In this document: piece after piece, positions 1 to 12,326 of the stretch
Layout: every line of letters begins with the position of its first letter
Position numbering within the stretch: the first letter of the stretch is position 1
From: Squalus acanthias
Taxonomy: Eukaryota
Direction: 5' to 3'
Assembly: GCA_030390025.1 (NCBI GenBank)
Contig: CM059432.1
Coordinates: 16,122,001 to 16,186,000, forward strand
Length of the DNA stretch: 64,000 nucleotides
Position numbers and translations under genes: made by a program
The notes under the pieces: generated by a model
The model's database searches: none
What the model was told of the DNA's origin: nothing
The model's input: only the letters and a program-made list of their open reading frames with translations

Positions 1-330
1 AATGATTTATTTTTATTTAACTGGTGTGTAATTGTGTTTTTTTTTTAGGGGATTCCTATTCATGCTTCTGGGGTATTCCGTACGTAAATGGAATCCCCAG
101 AAGCATAATGGGGATCCCCCTTTTTGATTGGTTGGGCCCGCCCACGGAATCCCAGGGACGCTTACGAACCGTGTGCGCCCCCTGGGATACGTGGACCTTT
201 ACGCAGGCGTACGCGTGGAGGCCCAGGAGCGCGAGTCTACGAACCTCCGGGCCCATCAGGTGGGTTCGTACTTTTCTTGCGGTTCAGAGGCATTCGCCCG
301 CGGGAAGCCTCCGACCGCAAATTCAGGCCC
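1..330. mobile_element. Right end of a non-autonomous PIF/Harbinger-like DNA transposon (continues off-window)
   Basis: Ends ...gcaaattcaggccc (GGGCC-type TIR); internal hairpin about 48-120; homologous to the right part of 49082-50271 and, inverted, to the left part of 14120-14863. Confidence 0.75.
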
Positions 331-1133
331 AGTGATGTGGAATACAATCTGCTCAGCTGATGCCAGCGTAAATCAGGGGCATTTTCGTGCTGGCACCAAT
401 TCGGTACATAGCAGGCTGCAGACTTTCCACCAATTTGTACCTGATCTGACCATCGTACCCTCTCCGCGTACGGTGCCCCTCGCAGTTCAAATGTCTTTTT
501 TTTTTGGATTATTCCTTTGTCAGAGGTACGATCAAAAGAAATAAAGGAAGTTCAGTGTGATACCACCACACTGAAAGAATTCGGTACAAATCAAGGCAGC
601 ATGACTCGTAGGTTTCATCACGGTTCAGAATTCCCACATACATTTGCTTGATGTTGTTAACTTCGTCATAGAAATCACAGATCCATGGTGGCCATCCACA
701 GCACTATTGCATACTACATTGCCATCCTTTCACTGGCAGATGACTTTTTAAAAATATTTTAGAATGGGGCTTTTTTTTTTAAGTTTAAGGGAAAATATCT
801 TGGTATCATTTTTAAAAACAGGAAGTAAGTTTTAGGGGATGAATAATGGGAAAGCAGATGGTTTCGACAGTGCTTTTCAAGCTTTTCTGTGCAAGGAAAG
901 CCCCACAGATAATGACACACTCCTGGGGACCCTAGTGTCCTAACTCCAGAAGGGAAGTCTGAACTACCCAAAGGAAAAGAGTGCTATCATTATATACAGT
1001 GACACCGACGTCGGGTGGGAGAGGGTCGTGGCGGGTTAAATACGGGGAACGTGACCACACCACGCAACTGCCCGAGTGTCCCGCCGTGGAGAGGCGGGAT
1101 GCTTAATTAACATTCAAATTAATGCAATTGGGA

Positions 1134-1590
1134 ACAACAACAGAAAACACTGGAAAAACTCAGCAGGCCAGGCAGCATCCGTGGAGAGAGAAACAGAGTT
1201 AACGTTTCAGGTCGAAGACCTTTCGTCAGAACTGGAAAAAAGCAGGAAATGGAATAGATTTTAAAGCAGGTTTAGGGGCGGGGAAATGGGGATGGGGATG
1301 AAAGAACAAAAGGGAAGGTCAGTGATAGGATAGAAAGCAGGAGAGATTAAGAGACATTGAGAGATATTCAAGACAAGAGGAGGTTTCCCTCATTTCCCCC
1401 ATTTCCCCGCCCCTAAACCTGCTTTAAAATATATTCCATTTCCTGCTTTTTGCCAGTTCTGACGAAGGGTCACAGACCTGAAACGTTAACTCTGTTTCTC
1501 TCTTCACGGATGCTGCCTGGCCTGCTGAATTTTTCCAGCATTTTCTGCTGTTATTTCGGATTTCCAGCATCCGCAGTATTTTGCTGTTGT
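1134..1590. mobile_element. Penelope-like element: inverted pseudo-LTR pair
   Basis: About 1134-1290 is the reverse complement of about 1400-1552; 16-bp TSD attaatgcaattggga (1118-1133) / attagtgcaattggga (1591-1606); same sequence follows a GIY-YIG-type C-terminus at 53508-54032. Confidence 0.85.
1454..1494 (+). ncRNA. Minimal type-I hammerhead ribozyme motif (second copy on minus strand about 1194-1234)
   Basis: cagtt-CTGACGA-agggtc-aca-gacct-GAAA-c-GTT-aactctg: conserved core, stem II, palindromic ACGT stem III, NUH site, stem I. Confidence 0.7.
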
Positions 1591-2152
1591 ATTAGTGCAA
1601 TTGGGAGCCCGATTCAATATTTACTGCGCGAGTTTCCCCGGGGTCAGGAAAATCAGCAATGAAGGAGGTGGCAGCAGCTGCCAGCTCCATAAGCTAAGTG
1701 CCTCTTTCAGCATTCCTTGTGGGTCAGGAATCCTCCCCAGCACCGATCGCAGGCACCTCCTCCCGCCACCCCCAGCCCCAATCGCAATCGGAGGCCTCTT
1801 CCCCCCTCCCGATTGCCGAGGACGGTCCCCGTGTGCGTCTTCTTGCCGTTCGTATTTCCTCCCGCCCACCCGCCGGCCAGGCTGTCCATTCGGCTAAAAA
1901 ATGATAATGAGGTCCTGCCATTAAGCTCGGCAGGACTTCCGCGTCCCCGGCCTTGCCGGATTCTTTGGCCATTTTCAGCCTCCCTGTAAATATCGTGGCC
2001 CAGATGTCAGACAAAAATCTAATGACATTAGAGAACCCCGAGGGTCAGAGGACTGAAGTTTGAAAGCCTATGGGGGGACCAAAATACAACCCAGTCAGAA
2101 TAGTTGATGTAACTCACATGTCGCCTTCACAATTTGATAGTTCATTTTCCAT

Positions 2153-3175
2153 GGGATCTATTTTGACCTTTGGGGGACCGACTGGCGTAGCGCGCTGGTC
2201 AGCCGCCCATTCCGACAGCAAAGAGGCCCCCACAACTCTGAGGGCCCGGCCTCATTTAAATCTGGCAGGCGAGCGCTGAGGCACCAAATAGGCGTCCTGG
2301 TGCAGCTCGCCGGATCGAGGCCTCAAAAATTGGGCCAGGCGGTCACAAGTAAGGCAAGTTGCAGGAGAGTGAGGGTCCCGGGGCAGCTGCGGCCCGGATT
2401 ATATATGCGGGCCCCGGAAGAACACTCCTACTTCTCTGGCGCCCAGAAAAATAATTCAACGCTTACATTCAGCAGGCCTCTTCGGTTGTGGCTCAGTGGG
2501 TAGCACACTTGCCTCTGAGTCAGAAGGTTGTGGGTTCAAGTCCCACTCCAGGGACTTGAGCACAACAATCTAGGCTGACACTCCAGTGCAGTGCTGCACT
2601 GTCGGAGGTGCCGTCTCTCGGATGAGACGTTAAACCGAGGCCCCGTCTGCTCTCTCAGGTGGACGTAAAAGATCCCATGGCACTATTTTGAAGAAGAGCA
2701 GGGGAGTTATCCCTGGTGTCCTGGCCAATATTTATCCCTCAACCAACATAACAAAAACAGATTATCTGGTCATTATCACATTGCTGTTAGTGGGAGCTTG
2801 CTGTGCGCAAAATTGGCTGCCGCATTTCCCACATTACAACAGTGACTCCACTTCAAATAGTACTTCATTGGCTGTAAAGCGCTTTGAGACGTCCGGTGGT
2901 CGTGAAAGGTGCTATCTAAATGCAAGTCTTTCTTTTTTTCTTTTCCATCGCCCATTGCACGGCGCAGGCTCCGACCATAAATGGCAATCAGGGTCCTATT
3001 TGCGCCATAAGACCCCAATATCCATATTAAAAAGGGGCCTATCGCCTGAAACAGGCGGGTGCTTTGGACCCTTTTTTTTTTTAAATGGAGCTGGCCGCAT
3101 CGCCGGTGTTAACGGGACGGTAGGGCTACCATCACCACCCCGTTAACGTCAGGTGAGGGCCGTCAAATTCGACCC
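2153..3175. mobile_element. Harbinger-like non-autonomous element with nested SINE
   Basis: Imperfect TIRs gggatctattttgac / gtcaaattcgaccc; internal motifs shared with other MITEs in the window. Confidence 0.55.
2482..2945 (+). mobile_element. SacSINE1-like Deu-domain tRNA-derived SINE, full length
   Basis: A box tggctcagtgggtag, B box ggttcaagtcc, Deu-like core gaggtgccgtctctcggatgagacgttaaaccgagg...aagatcccatggcact, L2-like tail ending aatgcaagtctttc. Confidence 0.85.
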
Positions 3176-3400
3176 AACCGCTTCTAGATGTTCATTTTAT
3201 GTAAGTGTTTGGATCCTTCTCAAAAGGAGTGAAAACAGCAACTAGTAATGAACTAAAAAATCCAGCATCACAGGAGATACAGCTAAATGAACCGATGGTC
3301 AGACTTCCATGAATCTTGTTTGTGTGCCAACAGCACACTAAGATGCGCAGTACTTGCCTCAAAGAACACATTTCGGGATCTCTATCAACTAATAACTATT

Positions 3401-4013
3401 ATAGAATCATAGAAATTTACAGCACGGAAGGAGGCCATTTCGGCCCATCGTGTCCGCGCCGGCCAACAAAGAGCTATCCAGCCTAATCCCACTTCCCAGC
3501 TCTGGGTCCGTAGCCCTGCAGGTTAGAGCATCCCAAGTGCACATCCAAGTACTTTTTAAATGTGGTTAGGGTTCCCGCCTCTACCACCCTTTCAGGCAGT
3601 GAGTTCCAGACTCCCACAACCCTCTGGGTGAAGAAATTTCCCCTCAAATCCCCTCTAAACCTTCCACCAATTACTGTAAATCTGTGCCCCCTGGTTTTTG
3701 ACCCCTCTGCTAAGGGAAGTAGGTCCTTTCTATCCACTTTATCTGTGCCCCTCATAATTTTATACACCTCAATAAGGTCTCTCTTCAGCCTCCTCTGTTC
3801 CAAGGAAAACAGACCCAGCCTATCCAGTCTTTCCTCATAGCTAAGATTCTCTACTCCTGGCAACATCCTTGTAAATCTCCTCTGTACCCTCTCTAGTGCA
3901 ATCACATCTTTCCTGTAATGTGGTGACCAGAACTGCACGCAGTACTCTAGCTGAAGCCTAACTAGTGTTTTGTACAGTTGAAGCATAACCCCCCTGCTCT
4001 TGTATTCTATGCC
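3401..4013 (-). mobile_element. CR1/HER1-type LINE, 5'-truncated 3' end
   Basis: LEYCVQFWSPHYRKDVIALERVQRRFTRM...FFTQRVVGVWNSLP; 3' hairpin and ttctatga tail. Confidence 0.92.
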
Positions 4014-4810
4014 ATGGCCGGGATGGAACATCAAGCACAGCACGCACCCAACTTTCCGATATGAGTGAGGCTTCCCAATAGAAGCACAAAGTCAGAAAAT
4101 GACCCCTACATGTGTGTGTATGATAAAGCAGGTTCTCCAGTAAGAAATGAAGACCCGCATTTAAAAAAAACCCACAAAGCAACGGGTGCTATGACAATAG
4201 GGAAATTTCTGGGTTTATTTCAGTGTTTCGAAATAGCGGACGTTAAAAGGAAAGCCCTGCCTCCCTCACCAGATTTCACAACAGAAACTGAAAATGAACC
4301 TTTGAGTAATGAGGGCATTGTGTGAGTTACATCAGCTATAATATGACAGGAGACTGGTTGTCCTTGGAAGGCAAACCAGATCAATTAATTTGGAAATTAA
4401 TCAGGATACAAAGGGCTTTGTTCCAACTGCAAATTGACGTGTACATTGTCAAGCCCTTAGCAGGTATTTGAGACTCAGTCAACGCGTAGGAAATTGCCTA
4501 TTTGTTTTCTATACAACAGTCATCCACTATTGAGTCTTTCACCATGGGTGACTAACATGGAAACCTTTCAAAATGGTATAAAGAAAGAAGATCTTATATT
4601 TATATAGTACCTGTCACATCCTCAGGACATGCCAAAGTGCCTCAAAGCAAGCCAATCTGCACACAACAAGGTCCCACAAACAACAAATGAGATAAGCGAC
4701 CACTGCATCTGTTTTGATGGTGTTGGTTGAGGGATAAATGTTTGGTTAGGACACCAGGAGAACACAGCTGCTCTTTCTGAAATAGTGCAATGGGGCCTTC
4801 TACATCCACT

Positions 4811-6442
4811 GGCTGCGATTTTCCCTACCTCGGCGGTCCCGACCCCGCTGCTGGCTCCATCCCGCCGTTGATTGGGCTTGTTAAGCCCGCCCAGCAACTT
4901 TCCCGGCCAATTGAAGGAAGCGGGTCTGATGACGTTATTTGATGACGCGTCATCAGCCGGTTTCCTTAAAGGGACCATGCGCAAATTTACTTTGCCATTT
5001 GTGCTGTCAGTATTCTACAGCATTGAGGTGCTGCAAACACTGACTAGCTCTGCACAGAGGTGCACGGCTGCACCCAGGCTCTCCCATGACTCCCTCCATA
5101 TGCTTATGGAGGGAGACACAGCACGCAGGGAGGTTCTCTTCCCTTCCAATGGGTGGAAGAGACCTCCCCAGGAGACCAACACAGCCTGGTTGCACATGCA
5201 GGGATGTCGTAAGGAGGAGCAGGCTGCCGTGGCGCAAACCTTTCAATGATCTCAGTAGATCACGAAACGTTACTGCAAAGCCACACTCAACCTCATCCTG
5301 CTGTGCCACTCATCACATCCTCATCACTCTGCCTTCCCTACCCTACTCCTGCACATCCTTACTCACACCAACTTACCTTGCACCTCCACCCATCCCTCTC
5401 TATCTACATTATCACTGCCCCATCTCACTAGCCACCCCTCACACTCACCCTCATCCTAGTCCAATCATACCAACTAACAACACACAAGGGTAGGCACATG
5501 TTCATGTGAAGTTTCTGTTAATGTGCTGTCAAACACTTTGCGTTCTTGGACAGATTTTTGTGCACCTTTGGAAGTGGCTTAGTGAGTTGCAGAGAATGGA
5601 GAGACATAACAGTACCCACCCCCCGCAATGGTGATGAATGTGAAAGGAATGGCTTGTAGGGATGCTTTATGGTGTTGGTGTGGGGTGGTGCCAACCTGGA
5701 TGTGCCGCGTCAATTGAAGTAAATGTGGTCATGATGAGGCCATCCCTGGCATCCCGGGCAACAATGTGGTTGGGTGCTGATGCCCTGTGTCCTGTGCAGC
5801 ATCAGGTGATTGCGGAGAAGGTTGGTGTGATTGTTGGTGCTGCTGGTGTTGGGGCTGATCGTGGTCAGATTCTGAGGACCAAAGTGAGACAGTATAAAGT
5901 ATACCCATGCTGATGGAATAGATGGCAGGTGAAGTAGAGATGACAGAAGCGATCTGTCAATGGTGGGAGAGGTAATGAGGTCAGAGTGGATGGAGACTTG
6001 TGTAAAGACTTGCAGCATCCTGAATCTGTAGTGGAAATGCAGTTCAGAGAAGCTAGTGCCTAAGGGAACATTTCTCAATCAGCTGGGAGCTTTGACCTGA
6101 CATTTCAAGTTGTCAACTCATCAGCTGATTCAATGGCCACTGACCTCCCACCTCAGCTTCACAAACAAGGTCTAGGCACAGCAGGAAACCATTGGGCAAT
6201 CTTTCAAATCCAAAAAGTTGTGAAAGAAGCATTGTTAAGTGGCTGTAAAGAAGCCACTAATGATTTGAATTGGGTCCCCCGCCGTTGCCTGTCGGGTCTG
6301 CTCAGCGCTGGCAGACCCGACATCGGGAAATGCAGGTGTGTGCATTTTGACAGAGGGTTCCCGACCCGCTGTCAATCATTTTAAATTTCACAGCTGGCCC
6401 CACCACCCATCGGGTCCGCGGAGCGCCGGCAAAATCGCGGCC
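4811..6442. mobile_element. Internally deleted PIF/Harbinger transposon
   Basis: TIRs ggctgcgatttt / aaaatcgcggcc; Myb/SANT-like remnant on plus strand; possible transposase C-terminus ARDARDGLIMTTF on minus strand about 5720-5760. Confidence 0.8.
5055..5268 (+). pseudogene. Harbinger Myb/SANT-like (NAIF1/MSANTD-type) DNA-binding protein remnant
   Basis: AAPRLSHDSLHMLMEGDTARREVLFPSNGWKRPPQETNTAWL then, after a frameshift, WRKPFNDLSRSRN followed by GT. Confidence 0.75.
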
Positions 6443-7069
6443 ATAATATAGTCTCATCCAGAAGTTGGCAACACTGACAATGCAGCACTCCCTCAGTGCT
6501 GCACTGAAGTGTCAGCCTAGATTATGTGATCACATCCTAGAGTCGGCTGGAACTCAACCTTCTGATGAGCTTCATCAGCTGAGCCTAACTGTTGACAGCT
6601 GTGCAATTTTCCTGCACTTTAAGCTCTGGCAAGAGATCAAAACTCGGTAGATGAGCTAGAATTTGCATCATTCATGTAGAACTTCACTTTTGCCCAAGGG
6701 AAAAACCAAACTATTTCATTCAAAGGTTATGTACTTCTCAGACTCTAACAATGACATACTAAAAGGCGGCGATATATTGACCCCTTCTTGATTGATTAAG
6801 ATCAAGGGCATGATGCTTTCAACAGATTAAAGATCTCTGCTTTAGTGTAAACCTCACTGAGTTATGTACTGTAACTTCCAGTTGATGGAGCGGTTGAAAT
6901 TTGTCAGAATAAAATAGTGTGCAGTCGCTTTGAGAAACCAAGTGAGGTTTAAACTTCAAAGAAAGTCTAAGAATGCAGCACTTTATGAGGGATTAACACC
7001 TGCTCAGTACGGTAGCCAGATTAAGCATTTTAAAGCAAATCATTTGATTGAAAATATGAGCTTAGCTCC

Positions 7070-7390
7070 CTCAATGGACAGCTGATAAAGCGAGAATGTA
7101 AGTGAGCAATACAGAGCAGAAGTTTCCATTCCATTCCTTATCTATGCTGATCTCAGTTGTGGTGACAGTATTTGGAATTACACTTGACCTTAGTGTACCA
7201 GACCAGGGAAAGGAAAATTCAGCCAGGGTTCATATTCCTGATTGCTATCCAATGACTTCTGATGGAAAGTGAGCATGTGTGCGCATTAGGTGAGAACCAG
7301 ATTGTGGTTACCTGTGACACCCCTAGGGTCAAATAATTGGCACTTGCGCAAGGAAGTACCTGTGGAAACAGAGGGAAAAGATAGAGGAAA
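7070..7390 (+). mobile_element. Old unnamed SINE-like repeat ('family X'); about ten further diverged copies in the window
   Basis: Recurrent core ggaaaa(t)tcagccagggttc...cctgattgctatcca(a/g)tgac...ggtgaggacagg...; copies near 14870-15160(-), 20000-20390(-), 23895-24095, 29230-29555, 31120-31470(-), 39570-39800, 44900-45200, 54510-54750. Confidence 0.65.
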
Positions 7391-7554
7391 TGGGCTACAG
7401 TTATCAGCTTGGTTCAAATGATAGCACCTTTCTCTTCAACGTCAAAGCTGTTGGTTGACCTCCACCAGTAACACCAGGCTTTAGCTCTTGATCTGATCCC
7501 CTTTCCCGATCCCGACTCATAGTTAACCCCAATGGTATGCAACTTCAAGCTCAC

Positions 7555-8085
7555 CCCAATGCTAAAAGCTTCCTCCATTCCTTTGTTGCCTCCAGATTCA
7601 ACTCTTTCACTGCCAATAAATTTCAACTCATCCACAACTCTTCCGTCTTGTCCTATCCCATACAAAATCCCACTCACCTATTATCCAAATCCTTGCTGAC
7701 CTGCTGTGGCTCCCTGTCTCAATGCATAGATTTTAAAATATCTTCAAATCCTCCCATGGATTGGTTCCTTCCTACCTTTGCAACTCCTCTAGCCAGCCCT
7801 ATGTTCTTGCTCACACTTTCTGCTCTTACAACTCCAGCCTACTGGATATTCCCCCTCTCCTTCTGCTCTGTCATAGCCATCAGTGGTAGAGCCTTCAGCC
7901 ATCTTGTCCCAACACTTTGAAACTCCCTTCTCAACCCTCTTTGCCTTGCTGCATTTCCACCTTCAAAAGCCTATCTCTTCAATTTGCTTTCGGTCATCGT
8001 CCCTAACAATCCCTACTCTGAAAACTAACAGTGAAACACCATGAGATATTTTGCTACATTTGAGGTGCTGTAAATGCAATGTTGT
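7555..8085 (+). mobile_element. Degenerate L2-clade LINE 3' end
   Basis: SFVASRFNS...SGRAFSHLVPTL; tail taaatgcaatgttgt; colinear with 39060-39567. Confidence 0.7.
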
Positions 8086-8194
8086 GGTTGCCTGCTCAGG
8101 TAGATGTTAAAGATCCCATGGCACTATCCAAGAAAGAGACTGCTCCCTCAACCAACAACAGCAAAAAAAAAATGATGAACTCATCATTTATCTT

Positions 8195-8470
8195 TTTTAT
8201 TAAATTTCATTTTGGGATGTGTCTTTATTGTCCATCACTAGTTGCCCTGGGGACATTAAGACGCAGACCAGGTAGGAGTGGCAGGTTCCGTTCCCTGAAG
8301 GACTTTAGTAAACTAGCTGGGTGTTTATAACAAAACAGTATTTTTCATGTTCACTTTCTGCTGCTAACCCACAAATTATCAGCTTTACTGAATTTAATTT
8401 CACAACTTGCTACGGTGGAATTTGAATTCACAACCTCTGCATTGCTAGTCCAATGCTAAGCAACTGTACT
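8195..8470 (-). mobile_element. Degenerate copy of the SINE family at 36665-37082
   Basis: Reverse complement of gggcaactag..atggacaataaa tail and agggaa.ggaacctgc core. Confidence 0.6.
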
Positions 8471-8504
8471 CATTCCTGTTTGCGAATCAATCGGCTGCAG
8501 TGTT

Positions 8505-10930
8505 ACGACAACAACTTGCATTTCAATCCACCATTAATGTAGAAAAATGTCCCAAGACACTTCACAGAAGCGTAAGGAAAACGGTCATTGAGCCTCTCAC
8601 CCGTCATCGGGAACATCCTCCCCGCATCCACCCGATCCAACCCCTTCACAATCTTATATGTTTCAATAAGATCGCCTCTCATTCTTCTGAACTCCAATGA
8701 GTAGAGTCCCAATCTACCCAACCTCTCCTCATATGACCACCCCCTCATCCCCGGGATTAACCGAGTGAACCTTTTTTGCACTGCCTCGAGAGCAAGGATG
8801 TCTTTCCTTAAGTAAGGACACCAAAACTGTATGCAGTATTCCAGGTGCGGTCTCACCAATACCTTGTACAACTGAAGCAATACCTCCCTATTTTTATATT
8901 CTATCCCCCTAGCAATGAAAGCCAACATTCCATTTGCCTTCTTAATCACTTGCTGCACCTGCATACTAACCTTTTGAGTTTCGTGCACCAGGACCCCCAG
9001 ATCCCTTTGCACTTCAGTACTCTCCAGTTTCTTGCCATTAAGATAATAAATTGCTCTAGGATTTTTCCTGCCAAAGTGCATCACCTCACACTTTCCAGTG
9101 TTGTATTCCATCTGCCAAATCTCTGCCCACTTACTTAGCCTGTCTATGTCCCCTTGCAGGTTTTTTATGTCCTCCTCACTCACTACTTTCCCTCCCATCT
9201 TTGTATCATCTGCAAATTTTGATATGTTACACTTGGTCCCTTCCTCCAAATCGTTAATATAGATTGTAAAGAGTTGGGGACCCAGCACTGACCCCTGTGG
9301 AACACCACTAGTTACTGATTGCCAGTCTGAGAATGAACCATTTATCCCAACTCTTTGCTTTCTGTTAGATAGCCAATCCTCTATCCATGCCAGAATATTA
9401 CCCCCAATCCCGTGATTTTTTACCTTAAGCAATAATCTTGTGTGTGGCACCTTGTCAAATGCCTTTTGGAAGTCTAAATACACTACGTCCACTGGTTCCC
9501 CTTTATCCACTCTATATGTTACTTCCTCAAAGAACTCCAGCAAATTTGTCAAACATGACTTCCCCTTCGTAAAACCATGCTGACTTTGTCCTATTAAATT
9601 ATGATTATCCAAATGTCCTGTTACTGTTTCCGTAATAATGGACTCCAAAATTTTACCTACCACAGATGTTAGGCTAACCGGTCTATAGTTACCAGCCTTC
9701 TGTCTACTGCCCTTTTTAAATAAGGGTGTTACATTAGCAGTTTTCCAGTCTGCCGGGACCTTAGCGGAATCCAGGGAGTTTTGAAAAATTACCAATGCAT
9801 CTACAATCCCTACCGCCACTTCCTTCAAGACTCTAGGATGTAAGCCATCAGGTCCAGGTGATTTATCCGCCTTGAGTCCCATTATTTTACCGAGTACCAC
9901 TTCCTTAGTGATTTTGATCATGTTTAGCTCCTCTCCCCCTATAGCCCCCTGTTTGTCCAGTGTTGGGATATTCTTAGTGTCCTCTACTGTAAAGACGGAT
10001 ACAAAATATTCATTCAGTGTTTTTGCCATCTCCATATTTCCCACCATTAATTTCCCGGTCTCATCCTCTAAGGGACCAACATTTACTTTAGCCACCCTTT
10101 TTCTTTTTATATAACTATAAAAACTCTTACTATCTGTTTTTATATTTTTTGCTAATTTACTTTCATAATCTATCTTCCCTTTCTTAATCAATCTTTTTGT
10201 TATTTTTTGCTGCCTTTTAAAGTTTTCCCAATCCTCTGTCCTCCCACTAGATTTCGCTACCTTATATGCCCTTGTTTTTAGTCGAATACTATCCTTAATT
10301 TCTTTACTTAGCCACGGATGACTGTCCTTTCTTTTACACCCTTTTCTTTTCAGTGGAATATATTTTTTTTGGAAGTTGTAAAATAACTCCTTGAATGTAC
10401 ACCACTGATCATGTGTCGTCTTACCCTTTAATCTATTTTCCCAATCCACTCTACTCAATTCCGCTCGCATACCTTCATAGTCTCCTTTATTCAAGCTTAG
10501 CACGCTTGTTTGAGATCCAACCTTCTCACCCTCTAATTGAATATGGAATTCAACCATGTTATGGTCACTCATTCCAAGGGGATCCTTTACTAGGAAGGAA
10601 GAGAGATTACAAGGAGTGATCAAAAGAATGGTGGATGAGGTAGGTTTTAAGAAGGGGGGGGGAGTCAAGAGGCAGAAGATTAAGGCAAATGCGTGCCAGT
10701 ATAGAGGTGGAGAAGGTTACAGAGAGACAGAGGGTGGCACCATCAAGGGATTTAAACACATGGATGAGAATATTAAACTTGAGGCACTAAGGAATCAGGA
10801 ACTAATGTAGATCAGCAAGGATGGGTGTAATGGGCGAGAGTGACTCGCTGCGGAATAGGAGACGGGCAGCAGAGTTTCGGACGAGCGGAAGTTTATGGAG
10901 GATGGGAGGCTGGTCAGGAGTGTATTAGCT
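8505..10930 (-). mobile_element. Old L2 3' end, split by CR1 insert at 8595-10595
   Basis: acaacaacttgcattt tail at 8507; body resumes at 10596 (gaggtaggttttaagaagg...gcagcagagtttcggacgagc). Confidence 0.7.
8595..10595 (-). mobile_element. CR1/HER1-type LINE ORF2 segment with uninterrupted reverse transcriptase domain
   Basis: Stop-free frame: SDHNMVEF (endonuclease end), KSPGPDGLHPRVLKE, NYRPVSLTS, YLDFQKAFDKVPH, GVPQGSVLGPQLF, FADDTK, LEYCIQFW. Confidence 0.97.
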
Positions 10931-12191
10931 TGCATGACAATAATCACTGGACTTCAAATGGAATTCATTGTGTGAAGTACTTGTGAGAGATTTCAATACG
11001 ATATGGCACTATATAAAAATACAACCATATTAAAAAATGAAAATATAAGCCTATCCTAACAGCATCACCATTAATTTGTTGAAATATGTCTCCTTCAATT
11101 AATGCAAAGATACTTGAAAAAACACGTGGCCAGAGATTTACTCCTGTCACACCACCACTAACTAGTGATAGTGTCACAATGCCAAACAAATCTTGCCCAA
11201 GCCTCTAATAATGATAGACTACAAGAAAAAATAGTTAAGTCTGGGTCAGTTGATACCTCTAAAAGGGAATTGGATCAATACCTTTCGAGAAAGAGGATTG
11301 CGGGTTTTGCAGATGTTAACAAATCTGTTCAATTCACATTGGGGGGGGGTAGAATTACATAAAAATGATCTAGAAATGACAACATGGAAATGGGCCATTT
11401 GGCCCAAGCAGTTGGTGTTTATCCTCCACATGAGCCGTAGTCCTTACCCCAGGTATCCACCCTGTTTTCATATCCCGGTATCTCCCTTTTCTTCAACCAG
11501 AGCAGAGATTTTGGGTGTGGGGGGGGGGGGGGGGAAGGAGGGAGTCAGGGACTCCATGATTGAAACAGTCATGCGTGGGCTGAGGAAGAATTTCTATGTT
11601 TGGAAATCCTGAAATTAGGATCGTTCCATCAGGCCCCTGGCCGCCACATGAGCCGGAATTGTACTTTAGTTATCACCTTTTTAATTTTATATTTTCACAG
11701 GTAACGACAGGCTAAAACATCCCATTAAATTCCCACAGTCATATGTAACTGGTCTAGGTATAATATCAGTGACAGTGAAAGCAGACCATTCAATTCACCC
11801 TTATTCCTGCAATAATCATCTGCTTTTTGTTTTAAAAATATATATACTCATTACTTAGTTTACTGGTATATTTTGCAAACAGAGTAAATGGGGGGTTGTG
11901 TGACAACCCAAAATATCTGAGGATCAAAGGTAGCCCCTGCCTGTATGGCTACATCTTGCATCTTAAGCACTTGACTGAGTCTTCATCCTGATAATATTTT
12001 CTTCAGGCCTGCGAATGTATATTTAAGTCACGTCATTACATATCATGGTGCCTTATAAAATATGTATTTTTGCAGTGAGGCCTTAAGACTCGCTGTTAAC
12101 ATTTTAAGTAGTTCAGGGGCACACGGTGGAAATAAAATCTTGCTACATGGGCGGCGACAGCGGCACAACCAATGTAAGAGCCTATGTAAGA

Positions 12192-12326
12192 GTTCTGACA
12201 AAGGGTCATCGACCTGAAACGTTAACTCTGTTTCTCTCTCCACAGATGCTGCCTGACCTGCTGAGTATTTCCAGCATTTTCTGTTCTTATTTCAGATTTC
12301 CAGCATCCGCAGTATTTTGCTGTTGT
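12192..12326 (+). mobile_element. Short Penelope-like pseudo-LTR insertion
   Basis: Same family as 1134-1590; 14-bp TSD aatgtaagagccta (12171-12184 / 12327-12340); hammerhead core variant CTGACAA. Confidence 0.8.

Larger units (their letters stand above)
1000..2001. mobile_element. GC-rich Harbinger-like MITE remnant hosting a Penelope-like insertion
   Basis: Right end ...aaatatcgtggccc; CpG-rich; left TIR not found, so start is approximate. Confidence 0.5.
4583..6595 (-). mobile_element. Degenerate Deu-SINE split by the Harbinger element at 4811-6442
   Basis: SINE 3' half at 4583-4810 and 5' half at about 6447-6595 are colinear. Confidence 0.75.

Noticed and set aside
2482..2560. tRNA-like A/B box sequences (also 16661, 34952, 56762)
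   Set aside because: SINE heads continuing into SINE bodies, not tRNA genes
8503..10668. 721-aa ORF as a host gene
   Set aside because: CR1 ORF2 fragment; both termini are read-through into flanking L2 sequence
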